A DNA stretch of 64,000 bases from an uncultured Acidimicrobiia bacterium (GTDB lineage Bacteria > Actinomycetota > Acidimicrobiia > Acidimicrobiales > AC-14). Position numbers and translations under genes: made by a program. The stretch lies in the NCBI GenBank assembly GCA_963836205.1, contig CAWIIV010000020.1:120992-184991 (forward strand). Reading direction: 5' to 3'. The notes beneath the pieces are model-generated. The model ran no database searches and was not told where the DNA came from. It saw nothing but the letters and a program-made list of their open reading frames with translations. Positions 20,884-31,937 of the stretch are shown here, in pieces; positions within the stretch are counted from its first letter, which is position 1; each line of letters begins with the position of its first letter.

Positions 20884-22661
20884 GCCTGCGCCGGATGTCG
20901 ACCTGAGTCCCCCGTCCCGCCTGGCCCGCTTCGGGCCGGTGGCGGCGGTCGTCCTGGCCTACGCCACGACCATCGCCCTCATGCCCCGGGTCGACGTCCC
21001 CGTCGGCGACGACTGGGCCTACGCCCGCACCGTCGAACGGTTCATCAACGGCGACGGGTTCCGCATCGTCGACGCCACCGTCGCCACCCTCGTGCTCCAG
21101 GCCCTGTGGGGGGCGGCGGTGACGTCGGTCGTCGGGTTCAGCTACGTGGCCCTGCGGCTGTCGACCGTGATCCTCGTCGCCGCGGGGGCGGTCGCCCTCT
21201 ACGGGCTGTGCCGGACGCTCGGGGCCAGCCGCCAGTGGTCGGCCGTGGCCGCCGCCGCCTGGCTGTTCAACCCCCTCGCCTACGTCCTGTCCAACAGCTT
21301 CATGAGCGACGCCTCCTTCGCCGGGCTGCTGGTGGCCGCCACCCTCTTCTACGTGCGGGGCCTGGGCGGCGAACGGGAGGTGCCGAAGTGGGTGGTGGTG
21401 GGCTCGGCGGTGGCGGCCGCCGCCTTCCTCTTCCGCCAGCAGGGGGCGCTCATCCCGGCCGCGGTGGTGGGGTTCCTGCTGGTCACGCACCGGGTCCGTC
21501 TCGACCGGGCCGGCCTGCGCACCGTGGCCCGGGTGGCGGCGCTGCCCGCCCTCACCGCGGTCGCCTACCTGCTGTGGCTGCGCCTGATCCACGGCGTGCC
21601 CGCCTACCAGGAGATGTTCGCCGAGGAGCTCGGCCTGGTGTGGCGGTCAGGGACGCCCCGGCTCCTGGTCCAGCTGCTGGTGGTGATGGTCGTCTACGGC
21701 GGGCTGTTCCTGCTCCCGGTGGCGGCCTCGGCCGTCGCACGGCTGCCGGCGATGCTGCGGAACTTCCCCCGGCGAGGATGGCGGGTCACCGGTCCCCTGA
21801 CGGGGCTGGCGGTGCTCGGCGCCGCCGGCTTCGCCCTCGCCGACCGGCTCATGCCCTACGTCCCCCAGTACCTGGCCGACTGGGGCATCGGCCCCGCCGA
21901 CCTCCAGGGCGGCCGGCCCCTCGTCACCGGTCGGTGGCTGTGGGCGCTGGTGACGATGGCCGCCACCGTCGCCGCGGTGGTGACGGCCGTCGCCCTCGGC
22001 CGGCGGGTGGGCGAGGCCCGGGAGCCCCCGGGCGACCCCGGACGGGGTGAGATCGGCCCGGGCGACATCGGCCCGGGCGACGTCGGGACGGGCGGGGGCC
22101 GGGCTGGTGTTCGCCGTGCTCGTGGGGCAGGCGGTGGGCATGCTCCTGCCGACGTTCCACTTCCAGAACCCGACCCCCGGCGCCATCCTCACCATCACCC
22201 TCGACCGCTACCTCCTGCCCCTGCTCCCGTTGGCGCTGGCCCTCGCCGTGTGGGCGGTGGCCGGCCTGCGCCTGCCGACATGGCCGGCGTGGGCGGTGAC
22301 GGCGGTGGTGGGCGTGGTCGCGGTGGCCGGCACCCACGACTTCCTCGTCCTCCAGGGGACGACGTTCGACCTGGCCGAGGCCACTGTCCGGGCCGGCGTC
22401 GACCCCAACCACCTCGACGGGGGTGCCCAGTGGGACGGCGAGCGCCTCTACCGGGACGGGGTCGAGGTCCCCGACCCCCGGGCCGACCGGACGTGGTGGA
22501 TCAACCTGTTCGCCTGGGACAACGACTCCACCTACGTGGTGTCGACCCAGCCCCTCCCCGGCTACGTCGAGGTCCGGCGGGTGCCGTACGACACCTGGCT
22601 GCCGCCCGCCGACCAGGCCCTGCTCCTCCTCCGCCGCCCCGACGCGCCGTGGCCGCCGTAG
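20813..22661 (+). CDS. GT-C/ArnT-like membrane glycosyltransferase; frameshift near 22090; start uncertain
   Basis: GDDWAY, NSFMSD, RQ, DRYLLP; many TM helices. Confidence 0.75.
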
Positions 22662-22668
22662 CCGGCGC

Positions 22669-23262
22669 CTAACCGCCGAGCTCGTAGGTGATGTGGGTGG
22701 CGGTCCGGGAGACGCGCACCGACCGTTGGACCAGCTCCCGCCGGCTGCTGCCCGCGAACAGGGGTGTGCCTGCGCCCAGGATCACCGGGGCGACGTGGAG
22801 GCGCAGCTCGTCGACCAGGCCTTCGTCGACGCACTGGCGGACGACGTCGGCCCCGCCCATGACGAACACGTCCTTCGCTCCCGCCGCGGCCCGGGCCTGG
22901 GCGACGGCCGACGCCAACCCGTCGGTCACGAACGTGAAGTCCAGATCGAGGCGCACGTGCTCGGGCTCGGAGTGGGTGACGACGAAGAACGGCGGCGTCC
23001 CGGCCAGTCCGGCGCCGTAGCCCATCTCGTCGTTCCACCCGAGAGGCCCGTCGACGACGTCAAACAGGCGACGGCCCATGATGACCGCACCCGAGTCCCC
23101 GGTGGCTTCCCGGAGGACTGCGGTGTCGACCTCGTCGTCGCTGTCGACGGCCCAGGTGTGCAACGCCTCACCGCCGTGGCCCAGACCGTGTTCGAGGTCG
23201 GGATCGGGTCCGGTCACGAACCCGTCGATCGACATGGAGATATCGGCGATCACCCTGGTCAC
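22669..23262 (-). CDS. Dihydrofolate reductase/RibD C-terminal family protein
   Basis: [33 protein letters not shown]. Confidence 0.9.
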   Translation of the reverse strand: MTRVIADISMSIDGFVTGPDPDLEHGLGHGGEALHTWAVDSDDEVDTAVLREATGDSGAVIMGRRLFDVVDGPLGWNDEMGYGAGLAGTPPFFVVTHSEPEHVRLDLDFTFVTDGLASAVAQARAAAGAKDVFVMGGADVVRQCVDEGLVDELRLHVAPVILGAGTPLFAGSSRRELVQRSVRVSRTATHITYELGG

Positions 23263-23546
23263 GGCGCCTCCCCGTCGAGGCGCTCGTGCAGGCGGACGGT
23301 GACCGTGTCGCCCGCCTGCTTGGCGATGGCGGTTCGCACGTCGGCCTTGACCGGCAACTTGTGGGTGCCGTCGCCAAGGGCCATGAACGAGCTGCGGAAG
23401 GGGTGGCCGTCGACCGTTCCCCTGATCTTCACCAGGCCGCGGGTGCCGAAGAACCCGGCCGAGCCGGGCATGACCACGTAGGTCCACCCGCCCTTGCTCG
23501 GGCTCTTCTGCAGGGTGGCGGTGAACTCCTTCTCCAACACGCTCAT
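23259..23546 (-). CDS. DUF1905 family protein
   Basis: KGGWTYV...[15 protein letters not shown]...[11 protein letters not shown]. Confidence 0.85.
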   Translation of the reverse strand: MSVLEKEFTATLQKSPSKGGWTYVVMPGSAGFFGTRGLVKIRGTVDGHPFRSSFMALGDGTHKLPVKADVRTAIAKQAGDTVTVRLHERLDGEAP

Positions 23547-23618
23547 GGGGACGCCTCCTGATCGACCGGCTACTGACGTAGACGGGGGAACGCGCTCGGA
23601 CTCATCGCTGCTCTTTCA

Positions 23619-23682
23619 TTCAACCAGATGGTTGACAACGCCCGCCGACCGGTCTACGTTGGTGTTCAACCGAATGGTTGAA
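23619..23682. promoter_or_regulatory. Two palindromic ArsR operator candidates
   Basis: TTCAACC-AGAT-GGTTGAC and TTCAACC-GAAT-GGTTGAA just upstream of the ArsR gene. Confidence 0.75.
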
Positions 23683-23698
23683 TGAAAGGAGGAGGCCA

Positions 23699-24082
23699 GT
23701 GTCGGCAGATCCGTTGTCCCGGGTGTTCTCGGCCCTGGCCGACCCCATCCGGCGCGACATGGTGGCCCGGCTGGCGGTGGCCGACGCCACCGTGAACGAG
23801 CTGGCCGAGCCCTACGACGTGACCGTCCAGGCCGTCTCCAAGCACCTCAAGGTGCTGGCGGAGGCGGGCCTGGTGAGCCGGACCCGGGAGGCCCAGCGTC
23901 GCCCGGTGCACCTCGAAGCGGAGGTCTTCGACCTGATGACCAAGTGGATCGAGCGCTACCGCGGCCAGGCCGAGGAGCGCTACCGCCGCCTCGACGACGT
24001 CCTCCGGTCTATGCCGGACTTCGCCGCACCCACCCCTCAGGTCGCACCCACCCCTCAGACCGAGAAAGGAACACCGAGATGA
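23699..24082 (+). CDS. ArsR/SmtB family regulator
   Basis: FSALADPIRR...AVSKHLKVLAEAGLV. Confidence 0.9.
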   Translation: MSADPLSRVFSALADPIRRDMVARLAVADATVNELAEPYDVTVQAVSKHLKVLAEAGLVSRTREAQRRPVHLEAEVFDLMTKWIERYRGQAEERYRRLDDVLRSMPDFAAPTPQVAPTPQTEKGTPR

Positions 24083-24558
24083 CCACCACCACCCACGAGA
24101 CCGAGATCATCGTCGACCCCGACCTCCCCCTCGTCCGCATCATCCGCGAGTTCGACGCTCCCCCGGCCAAGGTCTTCCGGGCCCACACCGACCCCGACCT
24201 CTTCGTCCGGTGGAACGGCCCCCGGGGCATGGAGACGCGGATCGACCAGTTCGACTGCCGCACCGGCGGGTCGTACCGCTACCTGATGACGCAGGACGGC
24301 GAGGAGTACGGCTTCCGGGGTTGCTTCCACGAGCTGCGCCCGGCCGAGCTGCTCGTGCAGACGTTCACCTTCGAGGGCATGCCCGACGGCGTGGCCCTCG
24401 AGCGGATCGTGTTCGAGGACCTCGGCGACGGTCGCACCCGGCTCACGTCGACCTCGTTGGTCGACTCCTTCGAGGTCCGCGACGCCTTCGTGGCCAGCGG
24501 CATGGACGTCGGCGTCCGCGACGGCTACGAGCGCCTCGACGAGCTGCTGGCCGGCTGA
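24079..24558 (+). CDS. SRPBCC/AHSA1 domain protein
   Basis: REFDAPPAKVFRAHTDP...WNGP...GGSYRY. Confidence 0.9.
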   Translation: MTTTTHETEIIVDPDLPLVRIIREFDAPPAKVFRAHTDPDLFVRWNGPRGMETRIDQFDCRTGGSYRYLMTQDGEEYGFRGCFHELRPAELLVQTFTFEGMPDGVALERIVFEDLGDGRTRLTSTSLVDSFEVRDAFVASGMDVGVRDGYERLDELLAG

Positions 24559-24595
24559 GCGCGGGTCGTTCGGCCGTTGCGCCCTTCAGGCGACC

Positions 24596-25039
24596 TCAGG
24601 TGATCGGGGGGCGCTCCTCGTCATGCCAGCGGCGCAGGCGGCCGATGGCGGCGGGGAGCGTCCCGTCGCCGAGGCAGGTGAGGATCGTCCCCTCCGAGAA
24701 CCGGTCGGCCCGGACGACGGCCGTCACCATCCGGACCGCCTCGGCCACGGGGGCCGCGTCGAGGCCGCGGCCGCCCGGGTACCGGCTGAGCCCGTCCCAC
24801 GAGTGCCAGTCGAACGGGAGGCTGGCCCCCAGGGCGTAGATGGCGGCGATGACCCGGTCCACCGCGGGGCTGTAGACGACGTACGGCATCTGGAGGACGG
24901 GCTGGTCGAAGCCCGCCCACCGCCCGGGTTCGGGCTCGGCGTCGAGGGCCACCACCGCGTCCCAAAGGTCGTCCCACCGGGCCTCAGGCGCAGCCCGCAG
25001 GAGCCGCTCGATCTCGCCGTCACCCGGCCCGTCGAACAC
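24596..25039 (-). CDS. DUF6508-like protein
   Basis: MPYVVYS, FDWHSW, VRADRFSEG. Confidence 0.7.
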   Translation of the reverse strand: MFDGPGDGEIERLLRAAPEARWDDLWDAVVALDAEPEPGRWAGFDQPVLQMPYVVYSPAVDRVIAAIYALGASLPFDWHSWDGLSRYPGGRGLDAAPVAEAVRMVTAVVRADRFSEGTILTCLGDGTLPAAIGRLRRWHDEERPPIT

Positions 25040-25150
25040 CGGAGGAGGCTACGCCGACCCTTGCCTAAGGGTCTCTCGGTGCGTTCGCGGGCGGGTCGGC
25101 GCGAGACTGGATGGGAGCGTGGAGTCGAATCTCGCAGGTGGGAGGCCCAG

Positions 25151-25571
25151 ATGATCCGCTTCGACGTGCTCGTCGCCAACGTGACCGAGGCCGGCGACAT
25201 CGTCCTGCTCGCCTTCGTCGTGATCCTCACCCTCGCTGTGGGCCTGGCCTTGCTCGGCATCGACGCCGTCGTGGCCCGCCGTGGGCGGCGAGGTGGCCGA
25301 GGTCGTAGCCGCGACGGAGACTGCCCGTGCGGGCCCGTCCGACCTTGCCCTCAGGAGGGAGGTCCAGACGGGCATCACCAGGCCGCCTCCCGGTACCGGC
25401 CGCCGGGTGCGAGCTGGACGGGCGAGGTTCCATCCAGGCGGACGAGCCCGTGGCCTGAGCGCAGATCGAGATGGCCGTCCGAGCACTTCCCGGGCCCCAG
25501 CGCTGGTCGGAGGGACGATCATGATCGGGCGGCGGGGGCTTCGCCGGTCCCGCGGGACCGCTATGCGATGA
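25151..25571 (+). CDS. Possible small membrane protein, probably frameshifted near 25285
   Basis: GGAGG then MIRFDVLV...LLAFVVILTLAVGLALLG; downstream frame unclear. Confidence 0.35.
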
Positions 25572-25578
25572 TCGCCCG

Positions 25579-26217
25579 GTGCGCGACGCGTCCGCCTACT
25601 TTTCCACCCGCTTCACGCCCACCGAGGCGCGCGACAAGGTGTGGGCGTCGCTGTGCACCTACCTCCAGCGTTGGGTCCCGGACGACGCGGCCGTGCTCGA
25701 CCTCGGCGCCGGCTACGGCGATTTCAGCCGTCACATCAAGGGTGGGCGGCGGGTGGCCTTCGACGCCAACCCGGGGCTGCCCGACATGGTCGAGCGGCCG
25801 ATCGAGGCTGAGGTCGGCGACGTCACCGACCTCACCCGGTTCCCGGACGAGACCTTCGACGTCGCCTTCGCCAGCAACCTGCTCGAGCACCTGGCGTGGC
25901 CGGAGCTGGAGCGGGCGATCGCCGAGATCCGGCGCGTCCTGCGCCCGGGCGGCCGCTTCATGGCGGTGCAGCCGAACTTCCGCCTGAGGCCACGGGAGTA
26001 CTTCGACGACTACACCCACCGGACGATCTTCACCGATCGCTCGCTCGGTGACTTCCTGGCCGCGTCCGGGTTCGCGGTCGAGCACGTCGAGCCCCGCTTC
26101 CTGCCGCTCACCATGAAGTCCCGGTTGTCCTTCGGCCACGCCCTGGTGCCCCTCTACCTGCGCCTGCCCTATCGGCCGCTCGCCGGGCAGATGCTCGTGG
26201 TGGCCGGCCGCGCCTGA
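25579..26217 (+). CDS. Class I SAM-dependent methyltransferase
   Basis: VLDLGAGYG, FDVAFASNLLEH, RVLRPGG. Confidence 0.9.
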   Translation: MRDASAYFSTRFTPTEARDKVWASLCTYLQRWVPDDAAVLDLGAGYGDFSRHIKGGRRVAFDANPGLPDMVERPIEAEVGDVTDLTRFPDETFDVAFASNLLEHLAWPELERAIAEIRRVLRPGGRFMAVQPNFRLRPREYFDDYTHRTIFTDRSLGDFLAASGFAVEHVEPRFLPLTMKSRLSFGHALVPLYLRLPYRPLAGQMLVVAGRA

Positions 26218-26305
26218 CCGACGAGGGGGGCGCCGGCCCCGCACCCAGATGCCGACCGGGCAACGGGTCGTCCCCTACCGTGAGCCTCCTACGACCGGAG
26301 GACAC

Positions 26306-27127
<822 letters not shown>

Positions 27128-27169
27128 CCGAGCGGTGGCGACTGCCGGGGGTGCGGCCCAGGAATGGTG

Positions 27170-29068
27170 TCAGGCGATGACGTGCTTGGCCCGGTTCACC
27201 AGGTCGGCGAGGTCGGCCGGCGCCGACTTGCGGAAGGCGCCCTCCACCGCCACCCGGGGCTTGGCCAGCAGGGCCCAGGGGCGCTTCGAGTCCGAGCCTT
27301 TGAGGGGGAGGTGGCCGCCCTCGGCCGAGCCTTCGGCCCGGACCGGGTCGAGCTGGTCGAGGCGGACGCGCCAGACGGCCACCCGGCCGACAGCCGGGTC
27401 GAGGGGGCCGGCGGTGCTGTCGCCCCGGGCACACACGCCGACCAGGCGGGCCGTCGTCACCAGCAGGGTCGACGTCCCCCGGAAGGCGGGGGTGGCGGAC
27501 CCGTCGTCGAACATCGCCATCGACACCAGATAGGCGCCCCTCACCTGTTCTCCGGCCTCGAGCACCGGGAACCAGGTGGCGGTGTCGAAGCGAACGCCGA
27601 GGTCGGGGGCGGCCAGAAGCTCCTCGGGTGACGAGACGACCACCTCGATGACCTGGAAGCGGCGGGGGTCGGCACGGCGGCGCTCGGGCGGCCAGAAGCC
27701 CGCCGGCGGCGCCGCCAGCAGCCACCCGGGCGGGGACGCGGTCGGCCTGGTCGCAATTGGTCGCCCCGGCGCACTCCCTGACACCGACGAGGGCGCGGCC
27801 AGGCTCGCTCCGTCCGGGGCCGCCCGGCGGCCGAACACCGGCGGCGGGATGGGGGGCATGGGCACCGAGGGTGCGGACGGCACCGATGTCGGCTGGGAGC
27901 TCGGTGCACTCTGCCGGATCGAGGGTGGACCTGGCGGCGGCGGGGGCGGGGGCGGAAAGCCCGACGGTGCCGGCTCGGGCGCGAACGGCGGCATGCCCGA
28001 CGACGAGGGATACCTCGACGCCGGTGGGGCCGGGTCGGGCTCGAACGGCGACGGGCTCGACGGCGACGACGGATACCCCAACGCCAGCGGGGCCGGTTCC
28101 GGTTCGAACGGCGCCAGGCCCGACGGCGACGACGGATACCCCAGCCCCGGAAGGGGCGGGTCGGGCTCGAACCGCGACCGCGACCTCGGCGGCGGCCCCG
28201 CCGGCTGGGGGGCGAAGAAGTCGTCGTCCTCGTCATCCGACGCGTCGACGTCGAGCGAGACGCCGGCGTCGAAGAAGGCTTGGCTCTCCTTGGGCAGCCA
28301 CAACAGCCCCACGATCGCCACGGCCATCCCCAGGGGGATGAACAACGGTCCGGTGAGCGAGCCTTCGTTGCCCAGGAGGATGGCCACCACCGCTCCTCCC
28401 ATGAGCCCCGACACCTGGGTGCGGGCCGCGGGATCGCCTGTCTGCAGCCGGCGGCGGTCCTTGAGGCACACGACGGCGATCCCGGCCAGGGCCAGGCCGG
28501 CGAACCCGTACTTCGCCCGCACCGGCATGGCCGGCAGGAAGGCGACGCCGACCGCCAGCATCAGGGCGGCGAGCATGGCCACCAGCGCCCGGGCGGCCGT
28601 GATCGGCACCGGCACCGACCCCGGCGGGCGGGCGGTGAAGAACTCCCGTGCCCGCGGCGGTACGAGCAGGCCGGCCATCACCGCGATCGAGCACACCATG
28701 GTGACCGTCGCCGACCCGTCGTCGAAGCCGTAGCCCGCCAGGAGACCGAAGGCGAGGCTGCCGCTGACCACCACCGTGACCACCCGCGCCACCGGGTCAC
28801 CCTGGCTCAGCCGCCACGCGAGCAGGAAGCAGGCGACCGCGAAGAAGCCCAGCTCGAAGAACAGCACCACCACGAGCGGGCCGAACGAGTCCCACAGCCC
28901 CCCGTCGCTGAGGAGCTTGAACGCATCCGGCAGGTCCTGGAGGACGGGGATACCGGTGAACAACCCCGCCACGCACAGCAGCCCGACGACGGCCACCAGC
29001 TCGCGCGGCAGGTCCACCGGCAGCGAGCGCCGGGGCCGATGCACCTCCACGGGCCGGTTCACCTCCAC
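27170..29068 (-). CDS. Multi-TM protein with Pro-rich linker and unknown C-terminal (PH-like) domain
   Basis: Duplicated TM module, Pro/Ser repeats (YPSSPS..PFEP.P), globular C-terminus. Confidence 0.7.
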   Translation of the reverse strand: MEVNRPVEVHRPRRSLPVDLPRELVAVVGLLCVAGLFTGIPVLQDLPDAFKLLSDGGLWDSFGPLVVVLFFELGFFAVACFLLAWRLSQGDPVARVVTVVVSGSLAFGLLAGYGFDDGSATVTMVCSIAVMAGLLVPPRAREFFTARPPGSVPVPITAARALVAMLAALMLAVGVAFLPAMPVRAKYGFAGLALAGIAVVCLKDRRRLQTGDPAARTQVSGLMGGAVVAILLGNEGSLTGPLFIPLGMAVAIVGLLWLPKESQAFFDAGVSLDVDASDDEDDDFFAPQPAGPPPRSRSRFEPDPPLPGLGYPSSPSGLAPFEPEPAPLALGYPSSPSSPSPFEPDPAPPASRYPSSSGMPPFAPEPAPSGFPPPPPPPPGPPSIRQSAPSSQPTSVPSAPSVPMPPIPPPVFGRRAAPDGASLAAPSSVSGSAPGRPIATRPTASPPGWLLAAPPAGFWPPERRRADPRRFQVIEVVVSSPEELLAAPDLGVRFDTATWFPVLEAGEQVRGAYLVSMAMFDDGSATPAFRGTSTLLVTTARLVGVCARGDSTAGPLDPAVGRVAVWRVRLDQLDPVRAEGSAEGGHLPLKGSDSKRPWALLAKPRVAVEGAFRKSAPADLADLVNRAKHVIA

Positions 29069-29075
29069 CGGCGGG

Positions 29076-29690
29076 TCAACTCCACAGGCTCGATCGAGCG
29101 TCGGGCCGGCGGTGGGTGACGGCGTTGAGGGCGGTCGCCAGCTCGTCGGGGGCGACTGGTTGCGGCCGGCCGTCGACCACCCGGTGCACGTTGGCCAGCG
29201 TCACCCCGCCCACCAGCCGGTCGGTCGAACGCACCGCCACCACCGTGGCGCCGCCGGCGTCGACGACCCGGGCCATGTCGACGTGGGCCAGAGGGAAGGA
29301 CCAGGCCACGACCGTCCCCCGTTCGAAGTCGACGAGTCCCGAGACGACGTCGCCTCGGGGGCAGATGCCCACCATCCGGCGGGCGGTGAGGACCACCGTC
29401 GACCAGCCCCGGAAGGCGGGGACCAGTCGGGCGTCGCCGCGGCCCCGGGCCGGTGCCGAGGACGAGTCGAGGCCGATGTGGGCGGTCACCAGGGCGACGA
29501 AGCGGCCGCGGCCGGGCTCGTCGGCGGCGACCAGCGGAAACCACGTCGAGCGGTCGGGTCCGAGCTCGAGGGCAGCCATCGGTCCCTCGGACGGCGGACC
29601 GCCGCCCACGATGGCGAAGTGAGGGAGGAACTCGGACGACCGGGCGAGCACCCGCAGGACGTCGGCCGGGGTCAGCCCCCCGACGTTCAT
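29076..29690 (-). CDS. Stand-alone paralogue of the neighbour's C-terminal domain
   Basis: Shared TWFP...PAFRG.ST...T..R.VG.C.RGD motif. Confidence 0.7.
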   Translation of the reverse strand: MNVGGLTPADVLRVLARSSEFLPHFAIVGGGPPSEGPMAALELGPDRSTWFPLVAADEPGRGRFVALVTAHIGLDSSSAPARGRGDARLVPAFRGWSTVVLTARRMVGICPRGDVVSGLVDFERGTVVAWSFPLAHVDMARVVDAGGATVVAVRSTDRLVGGVTLANVHRVVDGRPQPVAPDELATALNAVTHRRPDARSSLWS

Positions 29691-29765
29691 GGACGTGCGT
29701 CCAACGCCGGCATCCGGCGGAGTGTAGAGGTTGCCGCCCCCGCGATCCGGGAGGGGCGTCGGGAG

Positions 29766-30233
29766 CTACGGCAGCTCGGACAGCTTCTCGGCGAGGGGAT
29801 CGAGCAGGACGAAGAGGAATTCGGAGATGGCCACCACCTCGGGCGACGGCGGGACGCCCTCGACGCCGTCGGCATCGTCCTCCATGAGCTGGACCCACGC
29901 GTCGAGAAGGGCCTTGGCCTGCTCGACCGGCATGGCCACGCCGAACAGGGCCTGGTTGCCGACCACCCGGGCCGCACCTCCGCCGCGGGGGATGGTGAGC
30001 GACTGCTCGACGACCTCGGACACCCGGCCGGCGATACCGACGGGCCGGAAACCGGTGGGCGCGGGGACGGGATCGGGCCGGGTCGGACGACGAGACGCCT
30101 CGAGCTGGCGGGTGACGCCCACGGCCGTGGGATCCGATGCCAGGTCGACCAGAATTCGGGCCTCGGCATCGTCGAGATCGGCCTCGAGGGCTTTGATCTC
30201 GTCGGACGCGGCCAGTTCGCGCCATCCGCTCAT
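29766..30233 (-). CDS. Hypothetical protein (155 aa)
   Basis: GGAGG before MSGWRELAASDE; coding bias. Confidence 0.6.
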   Translation of the reverse strand: MSGWRELAASDEIKALEADLDDAEARILVDLASDPTAVGVTRQLEASRRPTRPDPVPAPTGFRPVGIAGRVSEVVEQSLTIPRGGGAARVVGNQALFGVAMPVEQAKALLDAWVQLMEDDADGVEGVPPSPEVVAISEFLFVLLDPLAEKLSELP

Positions 30234-30483
30234 TGCGTCCTCCGAAATGCCGGGCGACCGAGGATGCCAGGATCGGTGTCCTGACCTGCGCATCTCTCGA
30301 CTCGATTCTCGTCCACGGGCTTCTCGCATCCTCCCGCCGGTTTGGTCAGGGCGGGCCACCCGACCTGGACGACAAAGGAGCTCGGATCCAGAGTCATTTG
30401 GCCACTGTTGTCGGCGTACCCACCGGGAAACCGGCGCTAACCAGCACCGACGCGCTACCGGCAGCGGCCGCCGATCGAGAACC

Positions 30484-31506
30484 TCAACTGGATCCCGTCG
30501 ACTTCCCCACTCCGGGCCTGCTGACCCCGGGGCCGAGGCAGCAGGGGTCGGTGCCCCGGTCGACGCAGGTCTCGCACTCCAGCTCGAAGGTGGCGTGGGT
30601 GATGGAGAAGCGCTCGGCGATGGCCACCTTGGCCGCCTGCGCCACCTCCTGGGCCTCCGCCAGCGACGGCCGGCCGGAGAGGACGAGGTGGGCCGACACC
30701 GCCCGCACGTCGGGCGACAGGCTCCAGGCGTGCACGTCGTGGACGTCGTCGACCGAACCGAGTCCGACGATGGCCTGGATGAGGTCGTCGACGACCAGCC
30801 CCGGCGGGGTGGACTCGAGGAGCATCGACGTGGTCTCCCCCACCAGGCGCAGGGCCTGCACCGCGATGAGGGCGGCGATCACGAGCGACACCGCGGGGTC
30901 GAGCCACTGGTAGCCGCCGGTGACGATGATCACCACCGCGGTGATGGCGACGCTGGCCGAGGTGGCGGCGTCGCCCGTCATGTGGAGGGCGGCCGAGCGC
31001 ATGTTGAGGTCGTGGCGGTGGCCGTGGCCGAGCATCCAGGCCGCGGCCCCGTTGACCACCGCCGACACCACCGCGGCTCCGAGCACCCACCCGCCCTCGA
31101 CGTCGGGCGGGTGCAGGAGGCCGCGGACCCCGAAGTAGCCGATGAGGGCGGTGACGGCGAGGAGGGCGGCCGCGTTGGCCTGGGCCGCCAGCACCGTCGA
31201 CCGGTGGAAGCCGTAGGAGTGGCGGACGGTGGCCGGCCGGCGGGCGAGGCGGACGGCGTAGAGCGACACCGCCACCGCGGCCACGTCGGTGAGGCTGTGG
31301 CCGGCGTCGGCGACCAGGCCAAGAGAGTGGGCCATGACGCCGACCACCGCCTGGGCGACGACGATGGCCAGGTTGAGGACGAGCACGATGAGGAGTCGTC
31401 GCTCCCGCACCGTCGACCGGGCGTGCGCATGGGCGTGCGGGGAGGGGCCGCCGGGTTCGGCGTGGCCGGCGGGGGCTTCGGGGGGGCCCGCGGGGGTGTC
31501 AGCCAC
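30484..31506 (-). CDS. CDF Zn/Co/Cd transporter, CzcD-like
   Basis: SLGLVADAGHSLTD, SYGFHR, LNMRSAALHMTGD, HDVHAW, HATFELE. Confidence 0.92.
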   Translation of the reverse strand: MADTPAGPPEAPAGHAEPGGPSPHAHAHARSTVRERRLLIVLVLNLAIVVAQAVVGVMAHSLGLVADAGHSLTDVAAVAVSLYAVRLARRPATVRHSYGFHRSTVLAAQANAAALLAVTALIGYFGVRGLLHPPDVEGGWVLGAAVVSAVVNGAAAWMLGHGHRHDLNMRSAALHMTGDAATSASVAITAVVIIVTGGYQWLDPAVSLVIAALIAVQALRLVGETTSMLLESTPPGLVVDDLIQAIVGLGSVDDVHDVHAWSLSPDVRAVSAHLVLSGRPSLAEAQEVAQAAKVAIAERFSITHATFELECETCVDRGTDPCCLGPGVSRPGVGKSTGSS

Positions 31507-31894
31507 GGTCGTCGCGCTCGTGTTCGACGGCCACGTCGAGGAGCATTCTCACGTGGCCGTCGGTGAGGGAGTAGTAGGCCCGGCGGCCGGATCGGCGCAC
31601 CTTCACCACCCGGTGGGCCCGCAGCAGGCGTAGGGCGTGGCTGGTGGCCGACTCCCCCAGCCCGGCGGCGGCGGCCAGGTCGCACACGCACAGCTCCCCC
31701 GCCTCCAGCAGGCCGAGGAGGAGGCGCAGGCGGTTCTCGTCGCCGAGCAGGGAGAAGACCTCGGCCACCGACGTGATCGACTCCGGGGCCGGCAGGGCCC
31801 GCTGCACGGCGTCGACCCGCTCGGGGTCGACCATCCGCACCTGGCACTCGTCGAGGTGAAGGGCGTGAGGGGTCGCCGGCTCCATGGACACCAT
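31499..31894 (-). CDS. Metal-sensing ArsR/SmtB (CadC/SmtB-like) repressor
   Basis: ELCVCDLA, SHALRLLR, DGHV...EH. Confidence 0.9.
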   Translation of the reverse strand: MVSMEPATPHALHLDECQVRMVDPERVDAVQRALPAPESITSVAEVFSLLGDENRLRLLLGLLEAGELCVCDLAAAAGLGESATSHALRLLRAHRVVKVRRSGRRAYYSLTDGHVRMLLDVAVEHERDDRG

Positions 31895-31904
31895 TGTGTC
31901 TCTA

Positions 31905-31922
31905 TCTGAACATATGCTCAGA
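31905..31922. promoter_or_regulatory. SmtB/CadC-type operator
   Basis: TCTGAACAT-ATGCTCAGA near-palindrome next to minus-strand TTGACG. Confidence 0.7.
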
Positions 31923-31937
31923 CGTCAAGAAGGCGGC

